IMG/VR virus record: IMGVR_UViG_2595698832_000001
Span: 96,001 to 160,000 of that record
Length of the DNA stretch: 64,000 nt
DNA from: a virus
Lineage: Duplodnaviria; Caudoviricetes
Direction: 5' to 3' (one strand)
Positions 22,313 through 31,552 of the stretch are shown piece after piece; position 1 is the first letter of the stretch, and every line of letters begins with the position of its first letter. The notes below the pieces were generated by a model. It was not told where the DNA came from, made no database searches, and saw only the letters and a program-made list of their open reading frames with translations. The position numbers were made by a program, and so were the translations under genes.

Positions 22313-22373
22313 TTCAGAAATTTTTAAGTTATATTATATTATAATTATTTCATTAAAATATAAAGGAGTTTAA
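22313..22373 (+). repeat. ~60-bp promoter-leader-RBS cassette, four near-identical copies
   Basis: TTCAGAAAYTTTTAAGTT..TATTATAATTATTTCATTAAAA.ATAAAGGAG; other copies at 22896-22956 (+), 56450-56510 (-) and 62479-62539 (-). Confidence 0.85.
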
Positions 22374-22892
22374 ATGAAATTAATAGATGGTTATTATGTA
22401 GATTCAAACAATAATAAATGGGATGCTTCTAGGTATACAGAAGAGCAAGCTATAAAAGTTTCTAATTCATTAATTGATTGCTATGATTGTACAGATTGCT
22501 ACGATTGTAACGAATGTGAAAATTGTATTAGCTGTATAAGATGTGTTGGTTGTATAGATTGTGAAGAATGTGAAACTTGTATGAGATGTATTGGTTGTAA
22601 AGAATGTATAAGGTGTATTGGTTGTAACGAATGTATAGATTGTGTAGAATGTGAAGTTTGTGATTGTTGTGAAGTTTGCGATTGTTGCTATTGTTGTAAA
22701 TATTGCATTAAATGTTTTGATTGTAAAGAATGTGCAAGATGTTCAGAATGTGCAAGATGTTCAGAATGTACAAGATGTTCAGAATGTAAAGAATGTACAA
22801 GATGCATAGATTGTGTAAGATGTGAGTTTTGTATAGATTGTGCAGAATGTTCAGAATGTTCTAACATTAAAACATTAAAATGTTATAGCTAG
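22374..22892 (+). CDS. Cys-rich (CxxC)n repeat protein, paralog 1
   Basis: MKLIDGYYVDSNNNKWDA leader, then Cys at every third residue. Confidence 0.85.
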   Translation: MKLIDGYYVDSNNNKWDASRYTEEQAIKVSNSLIDCYDCTDCYDCNECENCISCIRCVGCIDCEECETCMRCIGCKECIRCIGCNECIDCVECEVCDCCEVCDCCYCCKYCIKCFDCKECARCSECARCSECTRCSECKECTRCIDCVRCEFCIDCAECSECSNIKTLKCYS

Positions 22893-22956
22893 AACTTCAG
22901 AAATTTTTAAGTTCAATTATATTATAATTATTTCATTAAAATATAAAGGAGCAAAA

Positions 22957-23811
22957 ATGGAACTAATAGACGGTTATTATATAGATTCTGACAACAATAA
23001 ATGGGATGCTGAATTATATTCTGAGGACCAAGCTAAAAAAGCTTCAGAATCTTTAGTAAATTGTAAAGACTGTGTTAATTGTTTTAACTGCGAAGATTGC
23101 TTTGGTTGTGAAGACTGTGAAAAATGTAGCGAGTGTATAGATTGCGAAAACTGCGAAGATTGCTTTGGTTGTGAAGACTGTGTCAGATGTAATGGTTGTG
23201 CTGAATGTTATGAATGTTTTGTTTGTGAAGGTTGTAAGAACTGCACAAAATGTTGTGACTGCGAAAGTTGTGATTGTTGTTATAATTGTGTCAGATGCAA
23301 AAAATGTGGAGATTGTGAAGACTGTACAGATTGTGAAGACTGTACAGATTGCGTAGAATGTTATAAATGTGAAATTTGCACAGATTGTAAAGAATGTGAA
23401 ATTTGTAAAAACTGTGCTTATTGTGAATCCTGCAGTAAATGCACAGATTGTAAAGAATGCACAGATTGTAAAGAATGTGAAATTTGTAAAAACTGTGGTA
23501 AATGTACAGATTGCATTAAATGTTTAGATTGCGCAGCTTGTCAAAATAGTAATTCATTAATTGAATGTGTCAATTGTGTAGAATGTGAAATATGCACTAA
23601 ATGCGAAAATCTTAAAGATTGTAGAATTTGTGGGAATTGTAATGACTGTGAAAACTGTAGTGAGTGTGTAGATTGTAAAAACTGTAAAAAATGTAAAGAA
23701 TGTGATTGTTGTTTGAATTGTGTTGATTGTACCGACTGCTATGGCTCAATGGATTCTAAAAAACGAGAAAATGCACGATTTAATAATTTTTTAAGTTCTA
23801 ATATATTATAA
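22957..23811 (+). CDS. Cys-rich (CxxC)n repeat protein, paralog 2
   Basis: MELIDGYYIDSDNNKWDA leader with a longer Cys ladder. Confidence 0.85.
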   Translation: MELIDGYYIDSDNNKWDAELYSEDQAKKASESLVNCKDCVNCFNCEDCFGCEDCEKCSECIDCENCEDCFGCEDCVRCNGCAECYECFVCEGCKNCTKCCDCESCDCCYNCVRCKKCGDCEDCTDCEDCTDCVECYKCEICTDCKECEICKNCAYCESCSKCTDCKECTDCKECEICKNCGKCTDCIKCLDCAACQNSNSLIECVNCVECEICTKCENLKDCRICGNCNDCENCSECVDCKNCKKCKECDCCLNCVDCTDCYGSMDSKKRENARFNNFLSSNIL

Positions 23812-23829
23812 TTATTAAAAGGAGATCAA

Positions 23830-25120
23830 ATGCAAATTATAACAGATTTTTTTAAATGAATTAAATGCTTCAAATAGTTCTAATTATAAATTAGAAGTTC
23901 TTAAAAAATATAACAATGAAATCATTAAAGAATTTCTTTCATTAGTTTATGATAAAGTCAAATATTCTTACGGAATTAAAAAAGTACCAGAATTCCAAAA
24001 TAATAATGAAACCATAGATTTCAATACAATTAAAAATACGTTCATAGCGTTGCATAATCGCGATTTTACAGGGAATAAAGCAATTAGTGTTGTTCAGTCA
24101 TTACTTAATAATAAAACTCCAGAAATAACCAGGATCATTACTTGTATTTTAGACAGAGATATTCATTCAGGTATTTCAACTAAACAAATTAACAAAGTTC
24201 ATAAAAAACTTATAACAGAATTTCCATATATGCGTTGCTCACTAATGGATAAATTTAAGAATATTAGATTTCCAGCAATGATTCAAATAAAAGCGGATGG
24301 AACTTATAGAACTTTTATTAAAAAAGGTGATAGTGTCCAAGCATTTTCAAGATCTGGTGAAAGTTATGATCACCCTAAAGTATATTCAGCATTATTGAAT
24401 CTGCCAGATGGTGCTTATATTGGTGAATTAATTTGTAATGAAGTTGAAGGTACTAATTCAACTGAAATCAGATATAAATCTAATGGTTTACTTAATAGTT
24501 TAACACCACCTGAAAATGTAACTTTTTATATGTGGGATTATTTGACTTTAGAAGAATTTGAAAATGGAAATAGTAAAACACCATATAAAGAAAGATTTGA
24601 GTTTGTTTGGAGATTAACTGAATCTTTAGAATCTAATACATTAACTGTTGTTAGAACCAGAGTTATTGATAATATAGAAGCTGCTAATGAGTATTTAAAT
24701 ACTTGGTTAAAAGAAGGTGAAGAAGGTGCTATATTAAAAAATTGTGACGCTGTATTTAAGAATGGTACTAGTACAGAACAAATAAAATTAAAACCAGAAA
24801 TAGAAGTTGAAGTTCGTTGTATTGATTTTACAGAAGGTAATGGTAAGTTTAAGGATACTTTTGGTGCTATTGTTTTTAAAACAGATGATGAATTAATTCA
24901 AGGTAAAGTTTCTGGGATTAGCGATACTGAAAGAGCTGAAATATTTAAAAATAGTTCTAAGTATTTAAATAAAGTTTTTACAGTTAAAGCAACAGCATTG
25001 ACAAAATCTGAAGATTCTGAAATATATGCTTTAATGCATCCAAGATTTAATGGATTTAGAGAAGATAAAGATTATACAGATACTTTAGATAGAGTTAAAA
25101 ATATGGGATTAAAATTTTAA
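23830..25120 (+). CDS. gp30: ATP-dependent DNA ligase (gp30); frameshift near 23850
   Basis: KADG, IGEL, WDY, EGAILK, KLK, HPRF; ATG at 23830 after GGAG, with a T7 slip. Confidence 0.9.
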
Positions 25121-25129
25121 GAAATCAAT

Positions 25130-26329
25130 ATGAAAGTAACGGTTATTGGTAAAGGTACTGCTGGTATTTTAACAACTAAATCTTTAAGATTTAATTTCCC
25201 AGATCTTGAAATAGATTGGATATATCCAGAATCTAATAAGTTTATAGGTGTAGGAGAAGCATTAGTTCCAGCAAGTTCAAAGTTTTTAAAGACTATTGGT
25301 GTTGATAATAAAATGATTCTAAAAGATTTTAGAGGTTCAATCAAAGCAGGTCTTAAAATGATTGGATGGGCTGATAAAACATTTAATTTACCTTTTGATA
25401 ATTCAGTTTTATTAAATAGATATATGAATAAAGATTTATTTCCAGAAAATTTTATAAATTTTGAAAATGTTAGTCACCACTTCAATACATTTTCTTTGCA
25501 AAATTTATATGTAGAAAATATTAATAATATTAATAAAACTGTTACTTCGTTTAAAGATATTGATAGTGATTTAATTGTAGATTGTAGAGGTTTTCAAGAT
25601 TCTGATGATTTTATTGAACCCGGTATACTTAAAAATAATATAGCATTAACAACTAGAATACCAGTTCAAAATTTTTTAAATCCATATTCATCGTTTTTTG
25701 CTAGGGATTTTGGCTGGTGTTGGACTATACCGTTACAAGATTATATAAGTATCGGTTATGTCACAAATGATAGCTTTATTAATCAAGCATCTGAAGATTT
25801 AAAGAAGCATTTACAAGAAAATTTTAAAACTGATTTAAAAGATTATAATACTATTAAATTCAAAACAGGTTATAAGAAGCAACAAATAGCTAAAATTGAG
25901 GGTCATAATGTATTTTCAGTAGGTTTAAATGCTGCATTTGTCGAACCATTGCAATCAACTGGGTTGTGGCTAGCAAGCCAGCAAATACAAGAATTGATTA
26001 ATTATATTAAAAATGGTGATACTAACTGGAATCAAAGATTTGAAGATATGTATAATAGAGTATATCAATTTATTTTAAATCATTTTATATTATGTAAAAA
26101 ATCTAACGAATATTGGGATTACTATAAAAATTTTAATTTTAAAGATTCTTTGTTTACCGGTTCTAATGGAAATAACGTTTTTGATGGTGAATTTGAAAAT
26201 TTTTTATATGATAGTTTTCAAGGCAAATCTGTTAAATATAATATAGATAAAAATATAGTGGGGGGGAAGGCGGCTCTTACTAAATTAAAGAAATTTGATG
26301 AATTATTAAGGGATTATTTAAGCAAATGA
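25130..26329 (+). CDS. Flavin-dependent (tryptophan-type) halogenase-like protein
   Basis: GKGTAG, GVGEA, KxGxKxxGW, VDCRGF, GWCWTIPL, FVEPLQSTG. Confidence 0.8.
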   Translation: MKVTVIGKGTAGILTTKSLRFNFPDLEIDWIYPESNKFIGVGEALVPASSKFLKTIGVDNKMILKDFRGSIKAGLKMIGWADKTFNLPFDNSVLLNRYMNKDLFPENFINFENVSHHFNTFSLQNLYVENINNINKTVTSFKDIDSDLIVDCRGFQDSDDFIEPGILKNNIALTTRIPVQNFLNPYSSFFARDFGWCWTIPLQDYISIGYVTNDSFINQASEDLKKHLQENFKTDLKDYNTIKFKTGYKKQQIAKIEGHNVFSVGLNAAFVEPLQSTGLWLASQQIQELINYIKNGDTNWNQRFEDMYNRVYQFILNHFILCKKSNEYWDYYKNFNFKDSLFTGSNGNNVFDGEFENFLYDSFQGKSVKYNIDKNIVGGKAALTKLKKFDELLRDYLSK

Positions 26330-26828
26330 AATTCCAAGATTTAAATTTAGAAAACGCTAAGTTATTAAATCCGAAAAGATATAAAAATCCTAAATATCTT
26401 TTAAATAATAAAATATATAGACGTTTGGATGAGCCAATTGTTTTTTTATAATTAAGTATTATTTAGATGGTTTTAAAAAATACTACAATAATTTTGAATT
26501 ACATTCCGACTACATAACCAGGGATTTCACCAAGGGGTATACTTCAACCTCTGTCAAAAATATACAAAAAATTAAATCTTATTTTTTCAAATGTTTTGGT
26601 GATGGTGACATCTTCCTCTTCAGTGATTTTCTCAAAGCGTCGAATATTATTTGTAACATATGTATTGATGAAGAAACATTATGTGGTTTATTATTAAAAA
26701 GAATTAAACTTCTGGGTAGTGATATGGTTTGTCGAAAGTTAGATATTAGTGAATTTGAATTTAAAAATGCTATTGATTTATGTAGAGATTTTTTAAGTCC
26801 GCAAGAAATTATCAGGTTATATAGATAA
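26326..26828 (+). CDS. Hypothetical protein coupled to the halogenase; frameshift near 26445
   Basis: ATGA overlap; the frame resumes after a T7 run and runs to TAA at 26828. Confidence 0.5.
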
Positions 26829-28370
26829 CTCGCTAGCTGCTTGAATTCTAAATACAACTTCTTCAATTAAATATTTAGGTTTATAATAAACATCTACATA
26901 AATGTTATTATCCTGAGTAGGATTATTAGAAATATCACAAACTATTTTAAAATCTTCTATATTATTATCTGCAACATAACTTCTACAAATTTCTTTTATT
27001 TTTGAAGCTAAATCATTTCTTGTATATTCATCATTATTTTCAAATACATAATATAATGCAGCATTTTCACATTCTCGAACTAAATTGAAATGTATTATTC
27101 TATTTGTTAATTTAGATCCTTTTAAGGTATTTTCACTTAAAGCGTATATACCGGAATATCCTTTTTTAACAATATTAATATTTAAATCATATAAATCTTT
27201 TATTTGTGATTCTGTTAAATATATATCCAAATCTATTGTATTTAAGAAACTATAAATTGTTTTACAGTGAGATACTGATAATTCTTGTGAATTAATTAAT
27301 CTGGTTCTTAAACCAACAATATCGCCTATGCAATTAACATATATATTTTGATTATTAAATGGATTTAATTGTAATTTAGAACCATAGTAGACAACAGCAT
27401 TGTTTGAAATTTGTAATTGTTTAATATATTCTTCAGGTTTGATACCTCTAGGTATGCCTACGAAAGCGCAGCAATCACCACGAGTATCTGCTAAATTGAT
27501 AGCAGAATTTGGACTTTGTGTATTAGCAATTATAAAATCAAATATATAATCGTTAGATTCGCCTACATTTTTATATGTTTCATCTATTTGAGCTGCACTT
27601 GGTAAACTTGCGTACCCGTTACTTAATTTAAGACTATTAGAACCGTAAAAAACTGTTTTATCTGAGTTAGGTTCATTTCCATCAGCTAAGCGATTTAAGC
27701 CATCCACATAGTGTATATTACCATCATATAACTTGTATTTTTTAGGATCGAAAATAATGAATATATAATTAGAATTTTCATTAATAGTATCTACCATATC
27801 CTCAGCTTCTTTTAAGATATATTTTTCCATTAATGTATCTTTTAAGAACACACAAATACAATATTGATTTGAACTCATTGAATTTTGAATATCTTTTGCT
27901 AAATAATTGCTGTGTATTAACATATTATTAAGAACTTCATATTGTGTAAAAATACAAACTGTTAAATCATTTCCCCACTCTCCTGGGTTTCTAGCAAGGA
28001 TTCTCAAGAAATTATTTTCAGAAATTATACGTTTACTTCTAAAATCATCTAAGTTATCTATTCTGACGTCAAAGTCATTAAATGGATAGCTAATACTAGC
28101 ATTAACTGAATTTTCACCAATAGATCTCGAAATAACTATTTCATTATTATCATATAAAAAATAATTATAAATTTGAAACCAGTCATTTATATTATTTTTG
28201 TTTGGTTTACCAAATTTTGTTTTAAAATCTAATATAGAATAAACGGGTGTTAAAGTATCTGGTGAACCTTTATCGAAATATCCAGCATAGAATACTCTTC
28301 TTGGTTGCGAATAATTTGATGTTGAACTGGTATCACTATCAATAAATCTAACACTTGGGACTGGCATCAT
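26817..28370 (-). CDS. gp18: Tail sheath protein (gp18-like)
   Basis: FGKP, ARNPGEWGN, RGDCCAFV, FENNDEYTR, VCDISNN, KPKYLIE. Confidence 0.85.
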   Translation of the reverse strand: MMPVPSVRFIDSDTSSTSNYSQPRRVFYAGYFDKGSPDTLTPVYSILDFKTKFGKPNKNNINDWFQIYNYFLYDNNEIVISRSIGENSVNASISYPFNDFDVRIDNLDDFRSKRIISENNFLRILARNPGEWGNDLTVCIFTQYEVLNNMLIHSNYLAKDIQNSMSSNQYCICVFLKDTLMEKYILKEAEDMVDTINENSNYIFIIFDPKKYKLYDGNIHYVDGLNRLADGNEPNSDKTVFYGSNSLKLSNGYASLPSAAQIDETYKNVGESNDYIFDFIIANTQSPNSAINLADTRGDCCAFVGIPRGIKPEEYIKQLQISNNAVVYYGSKLQLNPFNNQNIYVNCIGDIVGLRTRLINSQELSVSHCKTIYSFLNTIDLDIYLTESQIKDLYDLNINIVKKGYSGIYALSENTLKGSKLTNRIIHFNLVRECENAALYYVFENNDEYTRNDLASKIKEICRSYVADNNIEDFKIVCDISNNPTQDNNIYVDVYYKPKYLIEEVVFRIQAASELSI

Positions 28371-28478
28371 AATCCTTCATATAAAAATATATAAAATGAA
28401 TGTAACTACTAAAAGTAGTATTAATAAATCTACTATTATTAATTGTTCATATTCTTGGTCATTATGTATCAACATATT

Positions 28479-29682
28479 TTATACTTTAGTGTTTACTAAG
28501 CCAACTAGTTCAGATTCTTTAGATTCTAAAGCTATACCTATAAAATATTTTTCTTCTTTTTTGTCTTGGGTTTACACAAGCATAACCGTCATACTCAGCG
28601 TATAATTCATCACCGGCTTTTACAGAACCTTTAACAATTACTGGTGTCTGACCCTTTAAAGCTATTAACACACCTTTACAATCTTTATTAAGAATAAATC
28701 CTGGTTTATCTGAAACTACACCTAAAGGTCTATTATGTTTATAGATGTCGAAATATTCAATTTCTGAATTTTCATTAATACCTAGAACAGCTCCAACTTC
28801 AAACTCTTTATCGGTTTCGTAGACCTCAGCTAAGTCAGCGTATTTTGCTTTTAAAGCAGTTCCTATAAAATCTTGAGCATACATAGCTTTAAATTGTTGC
28901 GTTGTTGAGCCAATTGTAGATATTAAGTTTAATCCTGGTAATAATCCGGCTTCTGTGGTTAACCAAGCTTCTTTTTTACTTTTACGAGTTTGTAATTGTT
29001 TAGATTTAGAATCAACAAATACATAATCCGTTAACAAATCATCTATATTAGCAACACTTTGTTTCACTTCATCTATTAAAACGTCGACATATTTTTTAGT
29101 TGTTACGTGAGTAGGTTTAGATACTTCTAAATCTATTTTATTGTCTTGTTTAATATAGATGCCTGCGAGATAACCATCTAAGAAATCTTTAAATTGTTCT
29201 AAAGACCATTTAAGATACTTTAAGTTAATAACATCGTAATCATCGACAATAGGCCAATCTTTATCATTGTCAGTTTTAGTAGGGTAATTATCTACATCTA
29301 ACCAAGGATATAATTCATTTAAAGTGACTTTTTTCCACATATCAGAGTTAGCATCTGGATAATACCCTTGATTTTCGATATCACTAGGCAATGCTAAATA
29401 ATATGAATTTTTAATGGTTTCCACATCTGGATTATCTTCTGTTATATAAGAAACTATTTCACCTGCTTCATAAATTATGCTAGCATCCCATCTGATAGAT
29501 TCTTTTGAAGTTAATATTTTAAATTGACCGATTAATTGATTAACCTCTCTTTTGAGTTTATTAACCGACTTGTTTAGTGCGTCTGCGCTAGCTCTTTGGT
29601 TATCCATAATATTGAATTCCTGAACGAACTCTCTAAAACTAGTTAAGTTAAAATTGTAGCCTTGGTATCTAAAATCAGACAT
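28479..29682 (-). CDS. Tail-associated protein; frameshift near 28560
   Basis: KYADLAEVY, GVVSDKPG, IALKGQTPV, (F)IGIALES motifs typical of tail-fibre C-terminal domains; late motif upstream. Confidence 0.55.
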
Positions 29683-29745
29683 TAAATCTCCTGCTTATAT
29701 TTTTAGTATTTATTTTTGATCAGAGGCTTAAATAATTTAAATAGA

Positions 29746-30108
29746 TTAATTAGTATTTAAGGTTATTGTATAAGTTTCAAAGCTTGAAGTTTCTACGCCT
29801 GTAAAATTATAATTAATACTTAATATAACCCTGTTGAATTCTGGTTGTGAATAAATGTCTACACTTTGAACTTTGATTCTAGGTTCGTAAACTTTTAGAC
29901 ATCTTGTAATTTCGGTTTGCATACTATTAATAGTAATATGGTCAATCATTTCAAACAAATAAGCATATAAATTGCAACCAAATTCTGGTTTACCAGCTAA
30001 GGAACCTTTTCTAGTAGTTAATATATTAAAAATACTTTGTTCTATAGCTCGTTTATCTATAACTACATCATTCAAAGAATCATTATGAAAATCTTTATAA
30101 GTTGCCAT
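29746..30108 (-). CDS. gp25: Baseplate wedge protein gp25
   Basis: AIEQSIFNILTTRKG..PEFGC..LFE...YEPRI. Confidence 0.88.
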   Translation of the reverse strand: MATYKDFHNDSLNDVVIDKRAIEQSIFNILTTRKGSLAGKPEFGCNLYAYLFEMIDHITINSMQTEITRCLKVYEPRIKVQSVDIYSQPEFNRVILSINYNFTGVETSSFETYTITLNTN

Positions 30109-30183
30109 TTATATACCTATTATATTATTTTAAGGTATAAGCCGATTTAATACCGACTTATTTTTACCTTAATTTTCGCTATG

Positions 30184-30601
30184 TTAATCTTCAGACTCAG
30201 TTACTTCAACACTTAATTTAACAACTTTTTCAGAACCACCCTTAGCTGTAGCTTTTACAGTAATTTCAGAAGTTCCTTTAGTTGCAGCAGTTATAGTGAA
30301 TTTACCTGAATTTTTTTGTAACTGTAGCATTAGTATTGTTAGACTCAACTGTGAAATCACTAGCATTTGTAGTTACAGTGATATCTTTAGTCTGGCCTTT
30401 TTCAATAGTTTGTTTATCAGCTGGATTTAAAGATAAAGTAGTTTCTACTGATGGTGATTCTGGACCACTTTCTTCATTATCTGCTAAGTTTGCTTCAGTT
30501 CTTTCAGCTATGATAGCTTTAACCTCAGCTTGCGATTTTTCATAGATTGAACCATTTATGTCAACTTTAACTGGATCTGCAGTAATATGTTCTAATGCCA
30601 T
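30184..30601 (-). CDS. Ig-like domain virion protein; frameshift near 30315
   Basis: Thr/Val-rich beta pattern (FTVESNN..ATV, FTITA..KG.SEITV) split at a T7 run; late motif at 30633. Confidence 0.6.
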
Positions 30602-30702
30602 AAAATACCTTTCATAATTATTAATTATTAGATATTTATTTTACATTCTAATGTTATATGTTTTTTAAAACTAACATTAAGTATATTCAAAATCTTTGAA
30701 TG

Positions 30703-31032
30703 TTATAATTTGGAATCTTTATCTTTGGGAGATATGTTATCTAATAATCTATCAATTATACTTTGTATTTTTTCATATCCAGCGAATGCTATAAAAATAG
30801 ACACACCTATTCTGCTCGAATACGTTAAATCAAAATTATCAGTTATTAAAAAAGAAGATAATGCTAAAACACCAGAAGTTGATGATGTTTTTATAAAAAG
30901 TTTAAATCTCGTTAAAAAATTGGTTTTAGATTTAGCAGCTTTATCTATATGTAAGAATTGAACAGTACCTATAACAGCACCTATAAGTAGTATAGGAAGG
31001 GAGCCAAATAACACATCGTAAATATTCAACAT
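30703..31032 (-). CDS. Membrane protein, holin candidate
   Basis: Three hydrophobic segments and a charged C-terminus. Confidence 0.45.
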   Translation of the reverse strand: MLNIYDVLFGSLPILLIGAVIGTVQFLHIDKAAKSKTNFLTRFKLFIKTSSTSGVLALSSFLITDNFDLTYSSRIGVSIFIAFAGYEKIQSIIDRLLDNISPKDKDSKL

Positions 31033-31089
31033 TTTACTCCCTTTAAAAATTTATGTTATTTATAAACATAAATGCTGATGATCAATGGG

Positions 31090-31302
31090 TTAACCAACAT
31101 AATTAAAAAAACTAGCTATTGCATATATTAACGAAAATGTAATAACTCCCCATATAGTTCTATTACATATTTTCCAAACAGTTCTCAACGAAATGGTATA
31201 ATGTTCACCACTGGAACAATGGTATCTACCTATTAAAAACCATCTGAAAATAAACCAATAATATCTTAGTTTCTTTTTTAAACCTTCTGTGCGTTCACCC
31301 AT
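31090..31302 (-). CDS. Small membrane protein
   Basis: Aromatic N-terminus and a C-terminal TM segment. Confidence 0.5.
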   Translation of the reverse strand: MGERTEGLKKKLRYYWFIFRWFLIGRYHCSSGEHYTISLRTVWKICNRTIWGVITFSLIYAIASFFNYVG

Positions 31303-31310
31303 TTTAAACC

Positions 31311-31463
31311 TTATTTATTGTCATATTTTTCTTTTAATTCATCATATTCTTTTTTAAGAGCTTCATAAAGAGCTTCAGCTTTTTTAGAGCCGTTAACACG
31401 AATACAATAACCTATAGCAAGGCCAACAACGAATATAGCAACATAAATAGCAACACTTAACAT
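31311..31463 (-). CDS. 50-aa TM plus coiled-coil protein (not in ORF track)
   Basis: MLSVAIYVAIFVVGLAIGYCIRVNGSKKAEALYEALKKEYDELKEKYDNK; AAAGGA RBS and late motif at 31488. Confidence 0.65.
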   Translation of the reverse strand: MLSVAIYVAIFVVGLAIGYCIRVNGSKKAEALYEALKKEYDELKEKYDNK

Positions 31464-31552
31464 TCATAATCCTTTAATATTTTTTATTATTTATTAAACA
31501 AAAAATTGGTCATAAAAATCAAATAAATATTACAAAAAATCAGGATTTTCAA

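Noticed and set aside
26579-26866. Minus-strand 95-aa ORF and other short antisense ORFs in the track (for example 3369, 8672, 15161, 35580, 56773)
   Set aside because: Shadows of genes on the opposite strand, with no supporting motifs.
31393-31467. Cys-rich 24-aa peptide MNVKCCYLCCYIRCWPCYRLLYSC (-)
   Set aside because: Alternate frame of the 50-aa membrane gene; its ATG is only 2 nt from the RBS.
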